64,000 nucleotides of DNA, taken from the NCBI GenBank assembly GCA_051530055.1, contig CM121341.1, positions 11,014,784-11,078,783 of the forward strand, written 5' to 3'. Position numbers and translations under genes: made by a program. Origin of the DNA: Neoechinorhynchus agilis. Lineage: Eukaryota; Animalia; Acanthocephala. Under the pieces are notes generated by a model. The model made no database searches. It was given only the letters and a program-made list of their open reading frames with translations, and was not told the DNA's origin. Shown here in pieces: positions 1 to 13,021 of the stretch. Positions within the stretch are counted from its first letter, which is position 1. Each line of letters opens with the position of its first letter.

Positions 1-2160
1 AGAATAGAACGTTGTTTATCCGAAATAATTGCGACCGGGCATTGGATTCGAGATTTTTCGGAAATCGAAAATCCAATGTGATTAATCAAGTTTTAAATCT
101 AAGCTACAGATATCAAAGTTCTTAACATCAGGGGAATTTTATGTTTAAAAACAAAATGGGAGGCGAATAACACCAATTTAGTTTTATTGTTGAAAATGCA
201 AAAGAACGTTGTATATCCGAAATAATTGCGACCGGGTTTTGGATTCGAGATTTTTAGGAAATCGAAAATCCAATGTGATTAATCCAGTTTTAAATTTAAA
301 CAACAGATATCAAAGTTGTTAACATCAGGGGAATTTCTTGTTTAAGAAACAAAATGGCGGCGAATAACACAAATTTAGTTTTATTGTTGAAAATACAATA
401 GAACGTTGTTTATCCGAAATAATTGCGACCGGTCTTTTGCTTCGAGAGTTTTCGGAAATTGAAAATCCAATGTAATTAATCCAGTTTTAAATCTAAGCTA
501 CAGATATCAAGGTATTTTACATCCGGGGAATTGGTGGTTTAATAAACAAAATGGGGGCGAATAATAAAAATTCAGTTTTATTGTTGAAAATACAATAGAA
601 CGTTGTTTATCAGAAATAATTGCGACCGGGTTTCGCATTCGAGATTTTTCGGAAATTGAAAATCCAATGTAATTAATCCAGTTTTAAATCTAAGCTACCA
701 ATATCAAAGTTCTTAACGCCAGGGGAACTTTTGTTTAGAAAACAAAATGGGGGCGAATAACACAAATTTAGTTTTATTGTTGAAAACACAATAGAACGTT
801 GTTTATCCGAAACAATTGCGACCGGGATACGGATTCGAGATTGATCTTTCCGAAATCGAAAATGCAATGTGATAAATCCAGTTTTAAATCTAAGTTACAG
901 AATTCAAAGTTCTTAACATCAGGGGATTTTTTTTGTTTAAAAAACAAATTGGGGGCGAATAACACAAATTTAGTTTTATTGTTTAAAATACAATAGAACG
1001 TTGTTTATCCGAAATAATTCCGACCGGGCTTTGGATTCGAGATTTTTCGCAAATCGAAAATCCAATGTGATTAATCCAGTTTTAAATCTAAGCTACAGAT
1101 ATCAAAGTTCTTAACATCCGGGAAATTGGTGGTTTAAAAAACAAAATGTGGGCGAATAACACAAGTTTAGTTTTATTGTTGAAAATACAATAGAACGTTG
1201 TTCATCCGAAATAATTGCGACCGGGATTCGGATTCGAGATTTTTCGGAAATCGAAAATCCAATGTGATTATTCCAGTTTTAAATCTAAACTACAGATATC
1301 AAAGTTCTTAACATCAGGGGAATTTTTTTGTTTAAAAAACAAAATGTGGTCGAATAACAAAAGTTTAGTTTTATTGTTGAAAATACAATTGAACGTTTTT
1401 TACGCGAAATAATTGCGACCGGCTATCGGATTCGAGATTTTTTGGAAATCGAAAATTCAATGTGATTAATCCAGTTTTAAATCTAAACTACGGATATCAA
1501 AGTTGTTAACATCAGGGGAATTTCTTGTTTAAGAAACAAAATAGGGCGAATAACACAAATTTAATTTTATTATTAAAAATACAATAAAACGTTCTTTATC
1601 CGAAATAATTGCGACCGGGCATCGGATTCGAGATTTTTCGGAAAGCGAAAATCCAATGTTATTTATCCAGTTTTAAATCTAAGCTACAGATATCAAAGTT
1701 CTTAACATCAGAGGAATTTTTTTGTTTTAAAAACAAAATGGGGGCGAATAACACAAATTTAGTTTTATTGTTGAAAATACAATATAACGTTGTTCGTCCG
1801 AAATAATTGCGACCGGTCTTTTGATTCGAGATTTTTCGGAAATTGAAAATCCAATGTCATTAATCAAGTTTTAAATCTAAACTACACATATCGAAGTTCT
1901 TAACATCCGGGGAATCGGTAATTTAAAAACAAAATGCGGGTGAATAACACAAATTTTATTTTATTGTTTAAAATACAATAGAACGTTGTTTAACCTAAAT
2001 AATTGCGACCGGGCTTTGGATTCGGGATTGTTCGGAAATCGAAAATCCAATGTGATTATTCCGGTATTAAATCTAAACTGGAGATATCAAAGTTCTTAAC
2101 ATCTGGGGAATTTTTTGTTTTAACAACAAAACGTGGGCGAACAACATAAATTTAGCTTTA
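1..2160. repeat. Tandem satellite, ~197-bp unit, ~11 diverged copies (runs off window start)
   Basis: Unit anchor gaacgttg recurs at about 7, 204, 401, 598, 794, 996, 1193, 1391, 1587, 1785, 1981 (spacing 196-202). Confidence 0.97.
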
Positions 2161-2471
2161 GGCGGGAATTTCGTCCTTTTTTAGCTCGTCCTCAAAACTA
2201 CCATTCGTGTTTTTTAGACAATTAATGGGTAGAGTTCAAGTTTTGTCGTGCATTATCACGTCGTTCGTTTAACTTTTTAAATAACTTGTTGAAGTATTCT
2301 CTAATGCAAATTGACATTTCTCCAAGTAACAAAGTTGACGTGAAATCAAAGATCATCGCAATAATCTTTTATTAAATAAAGCACTTTTAATCACGATTAC
2401 GGCAACGGTTGTAGAAAATGAAGCTGTCAGAGGGGTTGTGTTAGGACACTTCTCGATTTTCATTGTTTGGT

Positions 2472-5400
2472 TCACTTAAGCGTCAGATTCTTTATTAGTG
2501 AAACTGACTGTTGAACAAAAACTTGACCTCTGTCTGTCAGTACCGCGAGTCTCTTTCCCAAGATTGTATTTATGCACAACGGAACATCAGCGATTACATA
2601 TCTCTCAAAAATCTTCTGAGGATTTAAGACGGATATGACACTGATTGAGTGATCTTCACATCCGACATAAAGGTTCGGTTCGTCATAGTGAATGGCTGTA
2701 ATAGCACAGTTACTCAATTTAGCTTTAACTATAGTCTTCTTATTATAGATATCGATCACAAATACCTTTCCACTGCTTGACCCGATTGCAATGTGAGCCA
2801 ATTCTTGGCTTTCATCATTGCTAAAAAATGCGTGGAGAACTCTCAATTTTAGATTTGGATCAACGTAAAGCAGGTTAAGGCATCGGTCGAAGCTAATCGC
2901 TTGCTGGTCTTCATTTAAAATCTCGTCCATTGTAAACCTGTAGTATAGTAAATTCTGATCAGTCGTCACTACAATTGCCAAAAACTCGTTATTTGGATAA
3001 AAGAGAATCGTAAACCAAACTGGCCATTCGGCTAGATCAACCGCGTGCTCTACAGTATCAATGTCTTCACTTATGACGTCCATGCTTATCTTTCCGTCTG
3101 ACTGTCGCGATAGTTCAACATACAAATTCTTATTTAACATTATCTGTTTGTGTTCACTGCCGTATTGATAGGTATCTATTTTATCACTTCCAGAGGTAAT
3201 GATTGTTTTCCGAAGTGCCCGGCCAGGAAAATGAAAATAATTGTTGTGACAATAAGCATAATGAAATCCATAGACACAATGAGGATGGTCGAATAAGGCA
3301 GTTTCACTTTTATCTTCTGTGAGTCTACCGTTTGCATCGCATTTCCATTTTGTCAACACGTGATGGCTATTCACGGTCAGCATAAATTTCTTGCACCTGC
3401 ATACGTCCATGCACTTGATATCATTTTGAAGAAATTCCCGAGGAATTGGAGTTAAACTCACTTTACCTTCCGCTCCGCAGCAAACAATATTATCATTGCT
3501 TAACAGGGCAAAATCAGTACATTCGCCGCCATGTGGACGTATCGTCCGGTAATTATTTCGCATATCCGGTTCATCATATAAAACTATTTTTCCATCTTCC
3601 GATAAGAACAACATTGCCGTACCATCGGAGTCCATTTCGCCCACAAAAATATGCGATCTGGCCGATTTTATTTTTCGCGCATCATAACAGCCTTTCATGG
3701 CTGGATCTTCGCCAAGTTCAACGTAGTATATCATCTGCGATTCATTGCTTAGAATGAAGACAATTTCTTCGTCAATGCTTGAATTAAGAATTCGTGATGG
3801 AACGTCAGGAATTAAATTCCGAACGCGACATTCACTGTTCGCGACAATTGAAAGCTTTCCTTCGTCTGATTTCACTTTAAATATTCTCATATCGCCATCA
3901 CCAAAGTCGACGATCAATGATTTTTCGCAATAGGCAATTTCTTGGATAGGATTTGAACTTAGCCTGTAACACGATGTTGGTTCAAAATTATATGTATGAC
4001 AAAGTGCGGCTTTAAATTTTAATGGGCAGCAATTCATTTACATTTTTAAATTTAATATTACATCTATTATGACAGAGAGCATAAGAAAATTTTCATTCAA
4101 ACATAGAGAAAATATAACAAGAGCAAGGCTTTCATAAAAAACTGCGGATCAATCGAAAAGAAAATGCCGTTTGGCACAAAATTTATTATACTTCATAGTG
4201 AGAAGGTTACTAATCAATGAGCTATGGTCAGAGGAATTTAGTTGAATAAAAGTTTCAATAAAAATAAATTGTATTGATGGAATTTGAATGCGTCTCATTT
4301 GAAATTGTTATCTTTCAAAATGGACATTGTTCTTATATTCTTTACCCCCGCACAAATGTTCGTGGGCATAGACTAGAAAATATTTGTTTGATTGTAAAAC
4401 CTAAATTTTTTAAAGCTACGCTTATTAGAGTAGCACCTCAACGTATTCGCGAAGATCCGGATGCTACCATCATCATAACCAACAGCAATAAATGCGTTAA
4501 TATTGCAACAGCAAGTTGCCCGGTTATCGGCTTTCAACTTGATAAAAAAAATTGAATATTCAGTAATCACGAATGCTTGTTGGTCACTCGATATTCCAAC
4601 GACTTTATAACAATCATATGTACTTTTTCTAATGCAGTACAATGAAGATCCTAGATCTGTTATGGACTTGATTTTTGGATTGGTCTTTACGGCACTAAAT
4701 TCGTACAGTTTTCCGTTTTCACAGTAAGCAAGGAAAGTTTCACTACACGACATTGAGAGTTGCAAAACGTTCCCGGCACCCTTCAAGTTTATTGAACTTT
4801 TACAAAGCATATCCACTTGATCGTAGATCTTAACGATTGAGTTGCTGAAACCGACTGCTACACGATTATTGTAATATTGAGAACAAAAGCATAGAGGTTC
4901 TCCGGCCTCGGATTTCGACACGTCTATGCTTTTCACGAGAACGGACTCAGTAAAATTAAAGACCTGGATACTCGATGCGCTAGAAGCAATGTACAAATCA
5001 CGCGAAGGCAGCGTCGAAGGACATGAGAATCCACGCCTTATCTCATTTTTATCTTCACCATATACAGTTCTAAGCAATTGCTTACTTAACAGATTTAACA
5101 CATGATCAACATCTCTACTTACGGCATTCGCAATCAGACAATTGTAAGGAAATATAACGCTTAAGTGATAAAGCGCAATATTGGTGCTCATGGAATATAA
5201 ATTTTCACCGGTGTAAGGATTCCAACATTTTATTCCTTCCTCCGCGGATAACCAGCCTACAGAAAAAATGCAAAGATCCACTGGATGGAAACGTACACAG
5301 TAAATCGGTTTTCGGCTCGCCTTTATTGTGATAACGTGAGCCAGAGAGTCCGAATTCCTTATCGAACACCACTGTAAAGCATGTAGAAGAAAAGCTAATT

Positions 5401-8400
5401 CAATTAAAAAAATATTAGCTCAATATCTTGTAAATTTTTAAAATTTCAATACGAAACGACGAAATTCTAGGATCGGTAGGATGGAGAATAAGAATTACAA
5501 TGGTGTTTGTACGGCAATTTGGCCATCATATGAACATGTGGCAATCAGATGATGACCAGCATCCATCGAAGTGATTTTGCCGGTGTGATCGCTTTGAAAA
5601 TTGTTGATTCGTATTTGCAACAGTAGATCCCAGACTGAAAGAGATGCATCGTGGGACACACTTGCGAGACGATTTTCATCCAGAAAATTTACCCCCGATA
5701 TACAATCATTGTGACCGTAGAATGAGTTACGAATCGAAGACGTGGTTGAATCGATAATCATTACGGAACCGATTTTCGTACCGATCGCCACCATTCCCGT
5801 TCCAGCAAACGCGTCCACACAAACGGCGAGATTTTCAGTTGACTGGTAAATCACAGTCCTTGGTGTGGTTGTATTAATCGGTCTCAAAGCGGAAGTCAGA
5901 TTCTTCTTTTCAGCAAGCTGTGTAGCCTCTATTAATAAGTGTGTGTTGGAGTCTTGTAGCATCATTTCAAGGTAACAATTCGGGTTTGTTTGCAAAATGA
6001 ATCGATTGTTGCGAATAAAAGTAAACATGTCATAAAACCTCTTGTCTTTTTCAAGAGATGAAGAAGTTTGCAACAGTTCAATATAGTCTTTAAGAAGTTC
6101 ATCAATACAACCTAGTGCACATCTCGCCTCGAGGTACGAAACATCTTTTAAAAGTTTCTCTGCGTACATTGGACAATCAGATCGAATTGCATGAGAAATT
6201 AGTTTTATCATCATTTGAGGACAGGGCGAATGCCAAGAGTGGTTTCTGAACGGATCACAGTGCGATTCGTAATACACTGCTATGAGTTTGTGCGAGTGCT
6301 GAGTGTACTTTGTAAATGGTTTTGTTTTTCGGATACATTCAACCACAATATCCTTGATTTCTTTATGAGCAAACGAAATGATGCCACCATCATGCTCGTT
6401 ACTTGGGGTCAGGTATCCGCTCAGAAAATCTCGCAAGGCGAAGAATTCCGATTGAATTAGCCGTGGCGCATTTAAGGGGTCGCCGCTACCTAAGCTGCAA
6501 ATTATATTTTCGATTGATTCTTTGTTTAAATCAAATTGGGAATCCAAATAAAGAAGGTTAAGTAGATCGACTTCACTGATTCCATCGTTTACACAAAGCA
6601 GAAGAGAAAGCAATCGATATACATTCAATGTACCTTCGTATTTCTTTAGTCGATCTAGAGATGTTCCAACCATTCGGGGAAAAGAACCCGGTAGTTTAGA
6701 AACATTCAATGATACCATTTCGAAATCGGTCGTTAGCTTGCGAATTTCTTCACAGGCAAATTGCACGTACAGAGGAAATTTTGCATGTTGTTTCGTTAGA
6801 AGCATTCTTAACTGATTATTCCGTGAACTTTCCTCGAGCGCCTTGCTGAATCGAGCAAAGGTACTGATAGCAATCTCCTTGCGTTCTGGATAAGTTAAAT
6901 CATCGAGTACAAAAGTAGACTGATTCATTTTAGAGGGAATAACTATGTCTTTCATAAAATCACTGCTTGTCAAAAGCAAGCTTGTATTCTAAAGAACGGG
7001 AATATTTAGATTTAGTCTAAGGTCGGATAAAATTCGAGGCTCGTCATGTAAAAGGCTACAAGCGTCACTGATGAATAAAATTTTAAATATTTTAAGTACC
7101 TACGTTTCTCGGCGAACAGTGGCGGTTATAATATAACAAAATTTTAAAAGAAACTTACATAATTAAAAGTCTCCTTGAACATTCGTTTTATCAGATGCGG
7201 TTGTCTTAACCATTCAAATCCATCCACAGCAAGAAGTATCCTTTTACCCTCAGAGGCGAATTGTTTCAAGACATTTGAAAAACTAGCAATAACAGTGTCC
7301 TCATTATCATCTTTGAAATGAATTTCCTCTTCCATTTCATGGGACATCTCATGAATAAATGTATTTAGCATCATGTTAGCGCTACTGTGGCCACCATCAG
7401 ATAAATAGAAAAGGCATGTCAGACCGTATTTCTGAGATTGTAATTCCTTGATAATTTGACACATAAATGTTGTCCGTCCGGAACCCGGAGAACCTTCTAT
7501 AATCACTAATTGATTTCCGCCACGATTTTTTAGGACTGCAATTGCGCTATTAAATAGGCTCTTTCTTACAATTGGATGTATTGCCATTTCTTCGAATTTC
7601 GATTTCATGTATTCCATCTCAAGATTAATATCATCACACAGGAAATCATTGGTTCGTTCAACAGGAAGTCTTAGCTTCTCCAAACAATTCCAAACGTTAT
7701 TAAATACCCGCTCTGCAAAGGTTTCGAGGTTCCTAAGTTTCACAACACCACCAGAGGTAAGCCCAGCGTAGCTACATGGATAATTCCGATAAACTTCAAA
7801 TCCTGATGAGATAATTTTCGACTTCAATTCTCTAAGCCTTTGTACTTTGTCTTTACAGGTGTCCACCAAGTTATCTTTGTAAACATTCGGAACATTATCA
7901 ACATACGATTCGTCGCGCAAATAGAAAAACGCTCGATCCTTTGTGCATTTATATTTTTCAAATGCACCTTCGATTATTTCAAGTTCGGTTATTGAAGCTC
8001 CAGGTGGATATTGAGTGATCCATCGATGACGAATTTTATCGATATTTTCGTAGCTAAAATCGGAATAACCGTATCGACTTCCTAAGATACCAATAAATAT
8101 GTCGTTTTTTCGAGCTTCATTCAGACAAACTTTGATGCAGCCTTCAACTGAATCTTCTGTTACGCCCCATCTTAGATCGATGTCATAAAGATTAATTGAA
8201 AGGGCTCGAGCTCGGCTCCGTAATTCCGGAAATACTTGCTTAAACAAAATATCCCGTTCATTCGTCATGTCCAAAAACGTTGACGAGACAAATATTCGAA
8301 CGTTACGCCATCTTGGTAAATCGGGAAAATGTCTTACTAACTCATTTCCAGTAAATAAATCTTCCTCCTTCAGTCCTTCAACCAATCCGAACTCTTGATC

Positions 8401-11400
8401 AATTTTATTGACCCGCTTCACTTGTGACTCTACATCTCGATCCGATAAATATCTTGAATAAATAAATGAAAATAGAAACGTAAAGCCATAAACGATACCT
8501 CAGTACTTTCTCAGATGCTCCCACAATGAATATATCATTCCTAGTTGTAGATGGAAGTTCATTAACGTTAGAAAGAAAAAGGTTCATTGACAAAAGGTTA
8601 GAATTTTGAACTTGTCTATAGTAGTCGATTGATTTTTTGGTAGCGTTATACAAATCTAACGATTCCGATATTGTAACAATATTGTCGAATTTCTATACAT
8701 TTACATGTTATCGCTAACTTTTAAAAAATGGAGCATACTATGAATCCATCGTAACGTGAAGCGAATTCAATAATATATTCTCCATAATCTGATATAACTT
8801 CTCCATCAATATCGCACTCAAATTCTTTATTGCTATCTGAATGGTCACTGACATCAAATTCGTCGCCTTTTGAATTTGATCCGTTGCTGGATATATCAAC
8901 TTCATCTTCCTCGTTGTTTTCGACTGATTTATCTGGATCCTTGGATGTAGATTCACTTTGGAATTCATTTACGATATATTTCCGGAGTTTATAAATCACT
9001 TGAAGGTCCAATCGTGAACTATTGATTTCTGTAATAGGTGATGATTTTCCCTTGTAGAATAAAACCAGTTTGCACATCTCGCATCGATAATAAATAATTA
9101 AGGCTGATAGCAGCTCCATCATCTCCTAAATCACAAAATAATCAACAAAATAAAGTGAATGTTTCCTTTACACGAAGAGGATAAATGCACTTTTCAAATC
9201 GTTGTTTAAACTTAATGTCAAGAATAAGTTAACATATTATACGCTGTGGATATTCTACTTGCAGAACGCTAAAATAAATTCCGCAACCAAAAAGGTAATA
9301 CATAAAGGAAGGACTTTGCAGTTTGCTTTTACAAATGAAGTATAAGGCAGACGCCCTAATAATTGTTATTGAAATATCTAAAGAGCGATCTGCAGTATTT
9401 AATAATTCTACACTGCTGTAGGATTAGTGTATAAAAACCATAAAAAATATAAAATGCCTGCATTTTTGGGTTGCTTATGTTCTCAAATGTCTTATTATAA
9501 TTTCATACCTTCGAAGTTTTATTTTCCTGTCTTTTTTTCGTTTTTTCCTCAACTTTGGGATTAACGATATTCTCCACGTCAACGATTACAATGGTTTTTC
9601 CCGGAATTACTGGAACGTCGTTTTCGACTGAAATCGAAAGCGCTTCAGATATTGCTATTTGCAATTGTTCATTGTACTCGCGCCTATGGAAAAATAAAAG
9701 GGACCTATTGAATTTAATTACTTACCACTTGGGATTTTCGCTATTGCGATTAGAGTCCTTATATTGCTCCTTTAATGCCATGTACGCCTGATAAAATTGC
9801 TGCGGAAATTGTCTCGATTTTTTTACTTGCTCCTAGCGCACGCCATAAATGCACTTTAATGAGCCACTTCTCTTACCTCATCTTTTATAATATTAATAAC
9901 TTTAAGAAAATGTTGATTGGATATTTTCTTATCCACAAGGTTTCTTAAATTTCGGATTAGCGCCATGTAAGCAACCGCATTTTTGTCTATAGAAAGACAA
10001 TATGCAAAAAACTTGTAGTAAATAGTATATACCTAAAAGATTCTCCCATACATTAGCAGAGTTGCCATTTAAGCTTAATTCTCTTTCCCAGGTGACTATC
10101 GGGTCGAATTTAAATTTTTTACCAGCCAATGATTCATCAAATTCTCCAGGTAATTCTGATGCAATGAATTCGTCGATATTTGATGGGTACCTTTAGCAAT
10201 TTAATGGATATTAGTTAACTTTAACAAAAATTGAGAAAATAACACACCTTGCTTGAACAACTTTCATTACCTTATCTCTTGGGTACTTGATGTGCAATAC
10301 CTTTACAGCGGTTTTCATCGTTAGGGACTTCGCTTGTTTGCTTCGTCTTTCAATCTTCTTTGGTATTCTTGCCAATGATTTGTATTTTTCTATGATACAA
10401 ATATGAGAGGATGTAATTTCTAAATAATGAAAAATTACGAAGGTGGAAATCGGAAAATTGTCCGAATTTTAATTTCATTACTTTAACCAAGCATCTTGGA
10501 ATTGCTGTTTTTTCGCTCATTGCCTATTGCAGAAAATAACTAATTATGATAAAGACGAATTTTATTCGACGATTGATTTTGTTCACATTTAAGCGATAAT
10601 ATTTGCAACGTAGCTTGCGAAAATTGAGTATTTAAAGTGAACTTTAATATTGCGACCTTTAAACCTATAAAGTTTTAGAATTAATTTTTTGATAATGCTT
10701 TTGTAAAAGATATTAACGGAGAATAAAATTAATCGTCAGATGTATAACAAGTAATTACTTTGTAAAAATCAAGAACTTCCAGCCAATCTGTGGGAAGATT
10801 GACAACCGAACAGAAGTATTTCGAAAGATAAGGACGACATGATTGCTCCGAACTGGAAAACGCTAACAAGAGATTGGCTAGTGACCTAAAGTTCAATATA
10901 TTCCTTATATACAGAGCAGCCTGTACAAGAATGTCACAATGAGCAGATACGAAGTTTTAAACTCGCCTTCAGTACGAACTCTGGATCATGATTTGCTATA
11001 TTTCGGCAAATATCGATGACCTCTGTTCTTGGACTATGGTAGAAACCTCGAAATCGTGTATTATTTGCATAACTGAGAGCTGCATAATTCAGCAAATCAT
11101 TTTTTGCTTTATCAACCAGATCAACGGTTTCCTTGACATTTTGAGTCATAATTTCCTTTTTTTCAAAATCAATTCGAGGCGGCAAGTTGATTGAGCGATC
11201 AACGTCCTGAGTGTCACCGAACTCCCTGCCACTTTCACTCATCGGTTCAATATAAACGTCCTCCTTTGCTTTCTTATCAAGGCGGCGACTTTTCACTTGT
11301 TTTCGTTTTGGGTAACACGGAGTTCCGTCAAGGACATCCAGCAAATTTGAGAGATTAACCGAGGGAGTCGAAGAGCCACTGCTCGTGTCACGTTTTTCGG

Positions 11401-11464
11401 ATTCCTGAAGTCGCTTCCTTTGCAAGTTCTCGTGGGCGGCTAATATGCTTTCCTTATCAGACAT
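2472..11464 (-). CDS. TEP1: Telomerase protein component 1 / vault-associated TEP1, multi-exon
   Basis: Domain order matches TEP1. TROVE: DPEFVLK-AALYIRNILNFRSLAN, TWERELSLNGN, MALIRNLRNL. DUF4062: VRIFVSSTFLDMTNERDILFKQVFPELR, DLRWGVTE. NACHT P-loop GSPGSGRT, then WD40-type blocks in ORFs 5495-6979, 4373-5281, 2472-4037. Start MSDKES inferred at 11464. The 4037-4373 junction is unresolved, so the last WD block could be a separate gene. Confidence 0.88.
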
Positions 11465-12857
11465 TGCCCAGGAAAATAAGAATCTTGGAATGAGAACTTG
11501 AAGACACAAATTCGTGGTTTTTTCGGAGCAAAACTCATGTTACACCCACATTTTCTCCCGTTGTCAAAGCTACCACCATGACGAACTCAGGAGTCATCAA
11601 CTTTGTCATAAATCGAAGAACATAGTTGGTTTAAACAAAGAAACCGTTCAATAAAAATGGTTTTAGATTTTAAGTCGCCATACAATAAAGCGCCTTGCTG
11701 TTAAAATTTAAAGTACGCACTAAAAGTTTTTGACGTTTTCGCAATATTTTATATTCGAGTGATTGATTAAAATCTGAACGTGTCTATAACTTGATTGATT
11801 TAAACAAAGTGATTTAGTTTATTTCTTTGAAATCCAGGATTATGAACACCACAACCTAAATTTTAGTTTCAGTTGCAGGTTGCGATTCTTTTAATTTAGA
11901 CAGCAGGCCGCCAAAAACCATTGATTCTACGACTTGACTGTGAAAATAACCGATAGCGTGCAATTTCAAGCAACCAACATCGATAATTAAGTTTCTGGTC
12001 TATGCAAGCTAAAACAACTCTAAATTTAAAGCTTTATCTCCCACCTAAGTTCTTAAAACTAAAAGCATTGTTATTACAAATACAGTAGAATTCTACCATT
12101 GTCGAAAATTCATGACGTCCCAGCGTTATAAAACTGTGAATTATCGGAATCGATTTGTCGCATTCGTGATCCGATCGAATTTCATGGGGACTACGCTTAG
12201 CCCAATTTCCAGCTGCGAAAACAAACGATTACAAGTTGAACACCGATTGAAAGCAGTTATGAACAAAAACTCACGTAAAAGGAGAAAAACTTCGAAATAT
12301 TGGTCCAAAATAAATTGGTTTCAACCGCGTATAGTGCTCAAATAAGGACAATTGAAAAATTACGAGCAATGGTTTTACGGGCACATAGGAACCTGTTCCA
12401 ACCAAAGATACTTTGCCCTTTTAGTGAAGAACTTAATTGTAAAAAACGAGATGAATATTCTGGATCTATACTGGCGACAAAAACCTAGAAGATTCGTTTG
12501 TTGCCTTTCTTAATAGTTTCAAAATCACTCACCATTCGATTCTTTCAACAAAGAGGACCCTAATTCCATCTTTTCCCTCAACTCTTAAAACGGTATTGTG
12601 AAATACTACTTCATTTTCCAGACGCATGATTAATCAAGTTTTATTTTTAATTTGACACTTGGGTAGGCTGTTGCAATGATAAAGAAAATCTTTAGTTTCG
12701 AACTTTCGCCGTCTTACAACTTCTTTAGGAATCTACAAAGGTGCGTGGAGTTTTGCAGCTTGTTAAAGTAGCGACATCAAAGCGGGAAGTTCGTCCCGTT
12801 TGTTGAGCAGTTCTGGAGTTTAGTCTTAGTGATGTCCCGAACTCGCTCTTACATTTC

Positions 12858-13021
12858 CTCCGGATTCTCAGATACCTCCTGAAGAGGCGGGACTCATCAG
12901 TGAGTTTCCTCCCTTCAGCGGTATTTCGTCCCCTTTGGCTGTGCGTCATTGGCGGTAACGGATTCGAACCACTTGACCCCTAATTGTCATCACGGGCATT
13001 AGTCCACTTGATAACCTCGAC
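12858..13021 (-). mobile_element. Family A copy A1: tRNA-like head plus intact rearranged hammerhead, tail missing
   Basis: Minus strand: A-box-like GGTTATCAAGTGG (13004-13016), B box GGTTCGAATCC (12960-12970), then hammerhead core. Homologous to copies at 18.3, 31.1, 38.1, 44.5, 45.8 and 63.3 kb. Confidence 0.85.
12862..12932 (-). ncRNA. Hammerhead ribozyme motif with non-circularly permuted strand order (best-preserved copy)
   Basis: Minus RNA: GGGAC-GAAA-UACC...GGAAACUCA-CUGAUGA-GUCCC...GGUAU-C-UGAGAAUCC. Stem II GUCCC/GGGAC, stem III AUACC/GGUAU, stem I CUCA/UGAG plus GGA/UCC. Canonical core with AUC triplet. Activity untested. Confidence 0.75.

Noticed and set aside
673-1806. Short ORFs in the satellite; CRISPR-like periodicity
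   Set aside because: The ORFs are translations of the repeat unit; there are no unique spacers and no cas genes, and the context is eukaryotic.
12879-12886. Plus-strand CUGAAGA as a hammerhead core on the opposite strand
   Set aside because: No downstream stem II-GAAA on that strand, and the motif is not conserved in other copies.
12725-12949. ORFs overlapping family A copies (also 30944-31279, 38064-38276, 44443-44631)
   Set aside because: Shared peptide-like text comes from the repeat; frames and stops differ between copies, so not coding.
12950-13021. Functional tRNA gene or vault RNA just upstream of TEP1
   Set aside because: No clean cloverleaf or anticodon arm; it is the head of a dispersed repeat found throughout the window, so proximity to TEP1 is uninformative.
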